The position numbers and the translations under genes were made by a program. A DNA stretch of 64,000 bases from Octopus sinensis (Eukaryota): positions 20,832,001 to 20,896,000 of the forward strand of contig NC_042997.1 in NCBI RefSeq assembly GCF_006345805.1, in the 5' to 3' direction. This document shows, piece after piece, positions 13,393 to 23,991 of this stretch; position 1 is the stretch's first letter, and every line of letters starts with the position of its first letter. Below the pieces are notes generated by a model. The model made no database searches, was not told the DNA's origin, and was given only the letters and a program-made list of their open reading frames with translations.

Positions 13393-15954
13393 CAACAAAT
13401 TTAGACAAAAACTTAGAGATACTCAGTGTCACAGGAAAAGAGCAAAAGAAACTGACATGGATTCTCCAAAGCCAATCTTACAGTGGCACAGTGAAGATTT
13501 ATAAGACATTCCAACTCAACCATGTATTTACAAATAGCAGAAACTCTCTTAACTCAAAACGTCCAGTTACTTTGTTAGCATGTTAACAACCAGCTTGAAC
13601 TCTCTCCAAAACTTAAATGTAAAGAAAAATCATACATCCATAGATACATACATATATATTTATTACCAGTTTATCAGCCATAAGTTTAAAAAAAGCATGC
13701 TGAGAGTTGTCTTAAGGTATAGGTAAACTGAGCAGTTGCCTAGGGGCCTCACAATTATGATCTATGTATAATGTGGTTTGCTGTCAATAAGAAATACTAT
13801 AGGGCCCGGTATATTGATTTTCCCAGGGCAGTCAATAAAACTATAAAGACAATCCTGCAGAAATAGAGGGGTTATATTTTTATATATCATCAAGCAGTAT
13901 ATTGTTGGTTATGGCATATAACTGGTCAGAATATCATCATTGGTTTCACACCTAGTATTGCACTTGAGAATATGGATAATTCTTCAGAAGTGATGATAAT
14001 ATTAAAATACACACACACACACACATTAATACATATGTGTGTGTAATCTTGATAAACAAGATCTGAATAAAAATACCTTGTAGTATTTAGGTCTGAGGAA
14101 TTTTTTTCATTTACATGAAGGTGGGCCTGCCAAGGGCAAGACAACTTACTAGGATCTAACATACTTGACTAAAAGTCCTTGAAGGTGATGCCCCAACGTA
14201 ACCTCATCTCATAGGTTGAAAGCAGAGCAAGTATACAACATTCTGTGTTTAAGAAATGATTTACTCAAGTAGTAAGATTTGATAAATCATGAATTTATAT
14301 TTGTATCTATATTACAGAGATCTATTGTCATTAGGCAACCTAAGGGAATGTGAGTCAAAGGGGTAATATTTTTGTGATTGTTGAATCACCAAGAAATAGC
14401 AGTCAAACCTCCCTGAAATCAAACTCTACTGTTTTAAATAATCAAGGATACAGTGGGCAATGAAGTCTGAAATTCAAACTAAGACAGGTTGACCACAGAT
14501 GGAATAGCTTCAGTCAGAGGTCCCTTCAATCTACATAAACCTGAGGCTAAATAAAAGTAACAGCGATAAATATAACAATGATGACAACATTACAGAAGAC
14601 TTATCAGTTTCAGAGTAAAGTGAGAATAAACATAGAAATATATGTTAGAATTGACCCTTACCGAATAAACATAAGATGAAAGAACATCTGTTTGTGTTGC
14701 CAAGTATACGTTCAGAATGGAAATATAGGATAACAGACGATTTGTGATTAAAGAGTTTTATTTATGTCATCTGAGAGTTATTTTGATCAGTAGTATTTAT
14801 TGATTTTATTTGCTTAATAATAATATATTTGAAAGAAATCCTACAGAAATACATTCCCATTTCATCTTTTCCTCCACCCGTCTGTTCATCATCATCATCA
14901 TCAGCAGCAGCAGCAGCAGCATCAACAACAACATACAATTTTCAATGAATTGAATGACAGAGTATATGATCTCTAAGATTTACAGTTTATATCTTAATTC
15001 TGTGTTCTGTCTATGGCCAAAAACACTTAAATCTTCTTAACTAGTCTAGTCCATATAGCCATAATTGCATATCATAATAAAGCACTATCAATTGCTGCAA
15101 AGGATAAAATTATTGTATAATTGAAGCTTATGTAAGTAACAATTGTTTTGTCATTATTATTATTATTATTATTATTATGTTCTTGTTGTTTAGACCAAGG
15201 TCAGTTTTTATTGAGCAAGACTTTATTTGTAACCATTCCATAATGTAGCTGCGATAACATTATCAAATATGTTCTTCCCCTGACATTGGGAAGTGTGTAA
15301 CATGAAAGATTAGACAGCTATTTCTAGCAGTTTCAAATGATTGCTGTGGTGCTATGGTACACCATAAGAAATGTCTAGGGTATGCTGTAGACTTTTAAAA
15401 ATATATCCAAGTCTTTAGAAAATCCATACCAACGGTTGATCTGGTTGGAAAACATTGTCCATTCATAGCCTTATTATATGTTAGTGTCATTTAAAACATA
15501 ATTAGTGATACTTTTGTATATCTTCCTAAATTCTTTGGATAAAAGCAGGTTTTTCTTTTAAACTTTCTACCCAAAGAATATCAGTTATATTTTATAACCA
15601 TATGAAAAACAGTAAGTCAAAAGGCTTGTATGATGGTGTAGAAGCTTCCCTCTAAACATTATAAGTAACACTTGTATGACTATCTTATCTTTTATCTTTT
15701 ATTTCTTTCAATCATTAGACTGCAGCCATGCTAGAGCACTGACTTGAAAACTTTTAGTCAATTGAATCGCCCTTAGAATTCAGTTTCATAAGCTCAGGTA
15801 CATTTTATATCAGTCTCTTGTACCAAGTTACTAAGTTATGGAGACCTAAGCAAACCAACAACAGTTTTCAAGCAGTGGTGGTGTACAAACACGCACACAT
15901 GTGCACTCTCATGCATACACATAGGTATACACACATATATATGCATAATGCACA

Positions 15955-15989
<35 letters not shown>

Positions 15990-15990
15990 A

Positions 15991-16021
<31 letters not shown>

Positions 16022-16246
16022 ATCTGTATATACCTATATCTATATATGTGTGTGTCTGTCTGTGACAGTGTGTGATCTATGTATGTATAAAATCAGATGC
16101 ATACTTATTGTATTAAATAAACCTTACTAGGAATATTATGAAATTTTAAAATCAGTGACAAATTTGATGGCAAATTTAATGCAGAAGGAGAAATTTGTTA
16201 TAAGAAATAGTAGCTAAAATATCAATTAAATTAGTCAACTACTTAC

Positions 16247-16287
16247 CAGATGGCGTCTGTTGGTAGCTGATATTTAACTTTACCTAC
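16247..16287 (-). other. Non-coding exon 1 (5'UTR) of the secreted-protein gene
   Basis: Consensus donor CTG|GTAAGT at 16247/16246. The 5' end is inferred from TATA spacing. Confidence 0.55.
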
Positions 16288-16309
16288 GAAGATTCTCAGT
16301 GAAATTTGG

Positions 16310-16317
16310 TATTTATA
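16310..16317 (-). promoter_or_regulatory. TATA box (TATAAATA) of the secreted-protein gene
   Basis: Minus strand reads cagTATAAATAcc, about 30 nt upstream of the inferred start of a short exon ending in CTG|GTAAGT. A CAGGTG E-box lies just upstream. Confidence 0.6.
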
Positions 16318-19300
16318 CTGTCAGCAACACCTGTGCATTGGGAAAAAGGAATCAGTAAAACAATAGAAACTCATACATACATGTATGTGTGTATGTACGA
16401 TTCAAGTATATATACACATATACATAAGAAGATATGCATATAATGAATAATTAATTTGCAAATTATGGGAACATTTCATGATATATATAACCATGATGGT
16501 AATAATTATAAATGCAAGGTCAATATTTTGAAACAAAAACTCACCGCGTTTTGTTATTATACTAATGAGAGAAAAACAAAAGGCCTGTGAAGAGTTTCAA
16601 GGATTTATTCAGATTGTAATCTCTATTTTCTCACAGCATATTTCAATAAAAAAAAGGAGCAAATTATAACTAGCTGAAAATTCCCACCTGGTCGTAAAGT
16701 ATTATAATTTCATTGTAAAATGAATGACTAAAAAAGAAGGAACTTTCACAAACAAGTATTTTAGATTAATTACAAAGTGATTGCAAAAGTGGTGGTGGTG
16801 GTGTATATAATCTAATTTGATTTGAGTTCAAATACTTCATTAGTTGAAGTATCTTCCGTGTATGAGTGACAAATAAAATAGATGTCAGTTGTTGTTTTAC
16901 ACCAGAGGTGGACCTGATTGAAAAAAAAGTTATCATCAAAGTCATTCAAGTCATTATCACCCGGTCTTTTGCTTAAGAATAGTGTAACCAACAAAACATT
17001 CTGAAATGTATCCTTTTCTTGCAGTAATGATGATGACGATGATGATGGTGGTGGTGAAGATGACAATGATGACTCTTCTTTTTCTTGCTATAGGCACAAG
17101 GTCTGAAATTTTGTGGGGAGGAAGCTAGTCAATTACACAACCCCTTAAATATTTTATCAACCAATAATAATAATGATAATAATAATAATAATAATAATAA
17201 TTGGGCTGATTCAGCACCAGGCACTGGCTCTCATGGCTTCTGATCTTAACTGATTGGAAATATTATCATGTAAATGCTTTGTCTTGGTGTAAAAGATGGG
17301 CTGCAGCATATATTCCGCTCAATACCACAGATTTGCTTATCAGTTGCTTGATTTTAACCAGTTAAGCATGTCCTTTGGTGGCTGACGATACGTGCATCTC
17401 TGATCACGAGCAGAAGTAGTGGGGGAGCATCACAGCTATGTGTTGAGAGGAATTCTTTGGGGCTTGAATAATTCCTCTCTGGAAATATGGGTGTTTCATT
17501 CAACATCCTTAAATAACCCTTATTCAGGGACATTTTGAGTGAGATGGGCTACACTACCTGAAGAAAATTCTAACTGGGACCTACTTGCAAGATCATGTGC
17601 TGTTTATCCTAATATAAGATCACCATGTCATGCGCATATGTGATGCATGTGCTTAGTGTACCCTTATCAGATGGGTAGCCATGATGGGTATACTGGGCTT
17701 CATGGGTATACAGGTAGTCATGATGGGTATCTCTGATCAAACAATAGTTGAAACATGATGTTATTAATGGAAATAAATATAAAAAATTACTAGCAAGGTT
17801 GAGCTAGAAAATCCCATATCTCTGCTTGTCATTGATCATATTGTCTTGTACACCCAAAAGCTCTGGTAAAAAATCTTTGAGTTGGTTGGCATTGAGAAAC
17901 ACCAACATCTTCAGGTATGATGTTAAAAGTTTGGTATAGTGTTTTATTTTGTTTTTATTAGTTATCTATCGTTTGCATGTTGCTTATGTACCAAATTTAA
18001 CTGTACCTGTATTAGTTTTAATTAATAAGAATATCCATTACACCACAGGTGTGTGAGTTTATCTTTAAATTTCCTGATTTTTGATGAACAGTAAAGTTTA
18101 GTTCTTCATCCTGCACTTCATCGTTTGCATAATTTTTTGAAAGAAGCATCATTGTTGTTTTCAGGAAGCTGCTTCTCCTCATCCATATTAGTTTTCTTAT
18201 ATTTTTTTTTGTGTGAATGTTTTTTGCCTGTTTCCTCCTTTTGTGCTTTATTTCACTGTTTGTTCACTTTCCTCAACAACCATTATTTATTCTTCATCAC
18301 ATGACAAAGAAGTGCTATGGATTGTTATTGTTAAGGTACAAAATGTTTTCTCACATGTTTCCAAGGCCGGGCATAAAGCAATTTCTCTTGCTTTTTCTAA
18401 AGCATTGATTGATGGTGCTCTGGAAACTGAGTCTTATTGTTCTTATTGCTATCTCAGCTGGTTTCCATTACTTCCATTTCTGAACTTCTTGCCTGTGCTT
18501 TCTAGTTCTTCAGAACAAGAAGCTCTAAAGAGATTCCTACTGTGATAAATATAGTAACTATGTTTTTTGTCCTACATCATCAATTTCATGCTCTTTGTCT
18601 TGGTGCCCTCAAGTGGGTACAGATACATTATGGTCTTTGAGGATCTATTTTGATGTTCCCTGACCACATAACACCTCTCATTAGTCTTGCTTTAACCACT
18701 TACCTATACTATCATACAAAAGTGATGACCAGCCATAGATCTACAGCATTTCTGGTGCCATGTATGTTATGCCCAACAGTAACAAAAAGGAAGCATCATT
18801 AGCACATCAGATAAAATACTTAGGGACATTTTTTCCAGCATTATGCTCTAAGCTGAAATTCTGCTTGGGTTGGCATTGATGTCCTTCATTTCAAGGTCGA
18901 TGAAATAGGTAACAGTTCAGCATTGGGGTTGGTATAGTTGACTATCCCCGCTAACAAAATTTCAGACCTTGTACCTATAACAGAAAATGATTTATGATAT
19001 GTCCAACAATTTCAACCAGTAACTTGACTTGAAAAGATAGTGTTATAACTTTTTCTTTAAAAGTTGAGAAGTTTTCTTCCTAGACACCTTGAGTCACTTG
19101 ATGTACTTGATGTACTTTTTGTCATGAGGGTATCTGTAGTCCACCTCTATCTTTTCAAATGCACAGAAATGTAATATTTTCTTAACACTCTCTTGATTAA
19201 ATTATACAGCAAAAAAAAAAGAAAAAATTCTGTGGTATTTTACAAAATTCTTCCAACTATAGCTTTGTCTTTCATCAGTGTTATGTCCAAAAAGTTTTTT

Positions 19301-20074
19301 TTTGTGTGTTAGGATTGAGCAAGATTAGCTTTAGCACAGCTGTCATTACTAGTGATATTGTTATTGCTTTTTTTCAAAACAATCTGTTAAATGGTTTAGA
19401 ATATTCAATCTATTAACTTTTCATTTAAATGTTCTGTTTTTCTTTTTCTTTTTCTTCATATAGTTATGTATTTTGTTTTGTATGACGTTTTCCATTTGTA
19501 AAGGAATGTTTTATCTCATTCAATTTTTGACTTGGTAGTCATTTTCAAAGTGAAAATGTGCATTTAAATAAATCAGAAAATGTCTGTAAAACAAGCTTTC
19601 TTTGTTTTGCCCAACCCTGGGTATCCAGGGCATGCCTTTCTCAAGTAATTATAATTCTTTTTATCATGTGCCTCAGAGAAAATTTCATGTGGTAATGCTA
19701 TAATTATAGTCTGGCTTTGGAACAAATTGAATAATTATGTACACTTTGAGAATTGATAATGATAAGAATGGTTTCTGATTTAGGTACAAGGACAGCAATT
19801 TTGAAGGGGGGTAGTATATATTATTGAACCCAGTATTTGTCTGGTACTATATTTCATTGATCCTGAAAGGAGGAGAGGTAAAATTGACTTTTGTGGAATT
19901 TGAAGTGAGAGCCAAAAGAGACAGAAGAACTACTGCAAAGCATTTCGTCTGGCAATAACAGCTCAAAGTGCTCATTCCTTGTATGCCATAGGGTCTTTAT
20001 GCTCCCCAATAGCAAGAAGCTTCAGCTTCTAGCATTGGCACATGTACTAAATTTATTAAGTTAATCCTTTAGTG

Positions 20075-20410
20075 TGAAGGCACATGAGTCAGTGGTAAGA
20101 GCGTAGAGCTTACGATCATGAGGTTGTGATTTCGATTCCCTACTGGGCTGTATGTTGTGTTCTTGAGCAAGACACTTTATTTCACATTGCCCCAGTTCAC
20201 TCAGCTGTAGAAATGAGTTGCGACATCACTGGTGTCAAGCTGTATCGGCCTTTGCCTTTCCCTTGGATAATATCAGTGGTGTGGAGAGGAGAGGCTGGTA
20301 TGCATGGGCGACTGCTAATCTTCCACAAACAATCTTGCTCTGACTACTGCCTCAGAGGTTAACTTTCTAGGTGCAATCGCATGGTCATTCATGACCGAAG
20401 GGGATCTCCT
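20075..20410 (+). mobile_element. tRNA-derived SINE family D
   Basis: Matches the minus-strand copy at 31528-31860. Confidence 0.85.
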
Positions 20411-20494
20411 CCAATTCTTTAGTATTCAGATTACTCTGTCAAGTGTACTGTAATGCTTATTTATTCAAATTGCTTTCATTTAATCATCCATTAT

Positions 20495-20600
20495 GTTGCC
20501 CATGGGCATTTGGCATAGTGGTTAAGAGTGAGGGTTACTAACTCCAAGATTCTGAGTTCAATTTCAGGCAGTGACCTGAATGATGATGATGATGATGATG

Positions 20601-20649
<49 letters not shown>

Positions 20650-20800
20650 TAACAACATTGAAAATACCTTAGGAATGAGAGCCCAGGTTTGAAATTTCCC
20701 CAAGACACCTGATGAAGGCTAGAGAGTGTATCAGCTGAAACACTGTGTTAACAGCAAACACGATGAAGACAAATATCTGTCAAATGTAAATACTGTACAT
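20495..20800 (+). mobile_element. tRNA-headed SINE with (TGA/TAA)n linker and hammerhead-like tail
   Basis: A box TGGCATAGTGG (20511-20521), B-box-like GAGTTCAATTTC (20554-20565), CTGATGA at 20709 and GAAA at 20737. A second, split copy lies on the minus strand at 23835-25850. Confidence 0.7.
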
Positions 20801-21244
20801 TATCTTGTTGTTTTGAGATTTCAACGATGTGATAATTTAGTTTTAAAATGACATTGTAGGGTTGAGGTGAGAGGCCAGATCTGGCTGGTTTGAATGCTAA
20901 AGGATTAAAGCCTGTAAGATATGTCATGTTTTTGCTACCCTAAACATCCTCATCATCATCATCATCATTATTATCGTTTAACATTCGTCTTCCATGCTGG
21001 CATGAGTGGGACAGTTTGACAGGAGCTGGCCAGGCAGATGCCTGCACCATACTTCTGTGACAGTTTGGGCAAGATTTTTTACAGCTGGATGTTCTCCCTA
21101 ACACCATCCACTCAGTAGAGTGAACTTAGTGCTTTTTACATAGCACAAGCACAGACAAGGTCAGTTTTGGCAAGGTGTTTACAGTTAGATGCCCTTCCAA
21201 ACGCAGCCACTTTACAGTGTGTACTGAATGCTATTTAAGTGACC

Positions 21245-21770
21245 TTCTTTTAGCCACATTATAAATTTGCAATGGAATTAAGTCATGTTTTAACTTGGTC
21301 CTCAAATATGTAACCGTTTTTCTAATAACCTCAATATCCGCCAGATCTTCATCAAACAAATAATATTTTCTGTCATATTGTATTTAATTTTCAAAACTAC
21401 CTAAGTGTAAACACACAATTCTTTGCAATAACCATAATTATGTGAAACTGCTTGGTCTTTTCAATAACCCATGGCTGATTTGTATTAAAACCATTTAAAT
21501 AACATTATATATAGCTCTGACAATTTTGATTCTTTTAATGTTTGCCACACATCAACATTTATTTACTTGTCTCTGAACCAGCCATAACTTGCATTAACTA
21601 GTCTTTCTCTTTTTTTATTGTCATTAAGCATTGAGGAAATTACATTATATTCTTAAATGGTCGCATTCCAGTGTTTACCTTTTTTCAGAAGCTGAATTAT
21701 TTCAATTTTTTGGTGCCATATTAGAGTTCCATGCTTTCTTTTTCACTCTTTTCTCAAGATAGTTATTCTT
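21245..21770 (-). pseudogene. Tigger/pogo transposase fossil (CENP-B-type HTH region)
   Basis: Minus-strand translation RKHGTL..QKIEIIQLLKKG...TLKESKLSELYIMLFKWF...QIYN, with stops and frameshifts. Confidence 0.7.
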
Positions 21771-22516
21771 GTTAACATTGGAAAACATTTTCACTAATGG
21801 ATGGACAACATGTAAGTAGATAAAAGCAGATACAAAATATCATAGGCACTAACCGCTGTTCGTTTTACCTAGATTGTAATCAGTGCCGGACTGGCATTGG
21901 CAGTCTGTGACAGCACTTAAGGGAAAGAGAAACAAAAAAGAAGTTGGTGGAACTCAACAAAAATGCTAAACAATCTGCAGGACCAACAGAGATCATATAA
22001 ATGAAGCTTGACTGTATAGACTAGTTCAGCCCAAAAGGGTGCTTCTGTGTGGTTCCTTAACTTGCTAGAAATGGCAGCAACAAAATGTTCCACAAATCAT
22101 CCCTTACTTAAAAATAGATGCGAGCATCTAAGATAAGATAGTCCTGAATGCACTATGCTTTAAATATTAGATGATCATCACTTCAATAGAGCTACCATAA
22201 CACTAAACAGTAACAGCAACAATGACAACAGTACTGCACATTTCAAAATATAGCAAATTATTGCAAAGTGTTTAAGACTTAGCATTTGATATTCAATTCT
22301 ATTGAATTGGCAGAATCATTAAGGCATTAGACAAAAATACTTGCAGTATTTAGTTACAGGTATCTACATTCTAAGTTCAAATCTCACAAAAGATAACTTT
22401 GCTTTTCATCTATCTGAATAAAGTACATATCAGTCAAGTACTAGAGTTGATTTCATTGGCTAATTCCACTCGACCTACCACAAATTTTCAGCCTTGTGCC
22501 TATTTAAGAAATGAAT

Positions 22517-22575
<59 letters not shown>

Positions 22576-22747
22576 CTGGTGGCACATAAAAAGCACCCAC
22601 TACACTCACGGAGTGGTTGGCATTAGGAAGGGCATCCAGCTGTAGAAACACTGTCAGATCAGACTGAAGCCTGGTGCAGCCTCCTGACTTCCCAGACCCT
22701 GGTTGAACCATCCAACTAATGCTAGCATGGAAAATGGACGTTAAATG

Positions 22748-22785
<38 letters not shown>

Positions 22786-23083
22786 ATATATATATATATT
22801 TATAAATTGAAAAAATTTACAGATTTTTTCTCTTACGAGGTTTTTTCACGCTAACTACCTGATAATTTCTTATGAAGATTTTATCCTATTTTTAAATTTA
22901 TATTTTTCACCGGAATAATTCAGTACTGAATTTTGTTCTGAGTAAGCACGTTGTTACCGAAATGCAGTTCGAAAAGACTGCTATTTAAATAGATATGTAA
23001 GGATAAACATTCCTACATACTGCGATGAATGCTGCGGCTGCTTATCTGGTATGTTGTGTTTGTTTATTAATACATGTCTTGAG

Positions 23084-23153
23084 TTCGTTGCACTGAAGAA
23101 CATAAAATGCATATACTGCATTGATTGCGAAATCACAGGTGATATGTAACTAA
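23084..23153 (+). ncRNA. Type I hammerhead ribozyme motif
   Basis: Stem I gttgca/tgtaac, core CTGAAGA (23093-23099), stem II aatgca/tgcatt, GAAA (23129-23132), stem III ATCAC/GTGAT, AUA triplet ending at 23144. The 10.1-11.1 pair is A-C rather than G-C. Confidence 0.65.
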
Positions 23154-23276
23154 ATTCTGTTTTTAAATGACCTGCTTCGAAGATTGCATTCGGTACAATT
23201 TGTTTATTTTGGTAGTTTTGACTTTAAAAGTCCCTCCTAGCGTGTGGCATCTATGTGTAATTTTGCCCTCTATAAA

Positions 23277-23312
<36 letters not shown>

Positions 23313-23316
<4 letters not shown>

Positions 23317-23511
23317 CATAAGGGACGTTAGCCATCTGAATGTGGCTAGGGACAGGGTAGGGCGGTGGGGGTGTTACTGATGCATTTAGCCCCAGGCGAT
23401 CATCAACGTCAGCCCTCCTGATGATCGCCTGGGGCTAAATGCATCAGTAACACCCCCACCGCCCTGCCCTGTTCCTAGCCACATTCAGATGGCTAACGTC
23501 CCTTATGTTAT
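23313..23511. repeat. Near-perfect fold-back palindrome (93-bp arms, 13-nt loop)
   Basis: 23313-23405 is the reverse complement of 23419-23511 with 2 mismatches. Flanked by (TA)n. Confidence 0.95.
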
Positions 23512-23554
23512 GGAGCAGTCACTGTCTATATCTCGTTTAGAGAATTATTATTGC

Positions 23555-23588
<34 letters not shown>

Positions 23589-23991
23589 TATTATACATAA
23601 TATTTATAAATTTTATATAAATTTCAGAAATTCTTTCTTAATAAACACAGTAATTGTGTTTTTATAGTGTTGGTAATGAGAAACTTGTCATGCCAACCAC
23701 TGGAGATAGTTTTTAAGGCCTCTGCTGTAAAAAAGTATGTTCCAGATATAATCTTTTAATCAATTTTTAATCAATAGACATAGCAAGCATGGTAACAGAA
23801 GATATTTGGAACATAACTCTTTTATAGATAAATCTTTCATTTACATTATTTACATTATTTATATTTGTCCTCATTTTGTTTGTTAACGTTTCGGCTGATA
23901 TACCCTCCCGCCTTCATCAAGTGTCTTGGGAAACTTTCAAACTTGGGTTCTCATTCCTAAGGTATTTTTCGATATTATTATTATTATTATT

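Larger units (their letters stand above)
20065..20904. mobile_element. TTAA-type MITE interrupted by two SINEs
   Basis: TTAA|tcctttag(tattca) ... tgaatgctaaagga|TTAA. The left TIR is restored when the SINE at 20075-20410 is removed. Confidence 0.65.

Noticed and set aside
13000-13586. His/Tyr/Cys-rich ORFs (also near 7750, 9400, 42000 and 56300)
   Set aside because: These are translations of (TACA)n, (TA)n and (CA)n microsatellites.
16812-17066. ORF with a GDN motif upstream of the gene
   Set aside because: It starts in a (GAT)n repeat and lacks polymerase context or splice support.
20511-20570. tRNA gene
   Set aside because: A/B boxes are present, but it is a SINE head that continues into the repeat body.
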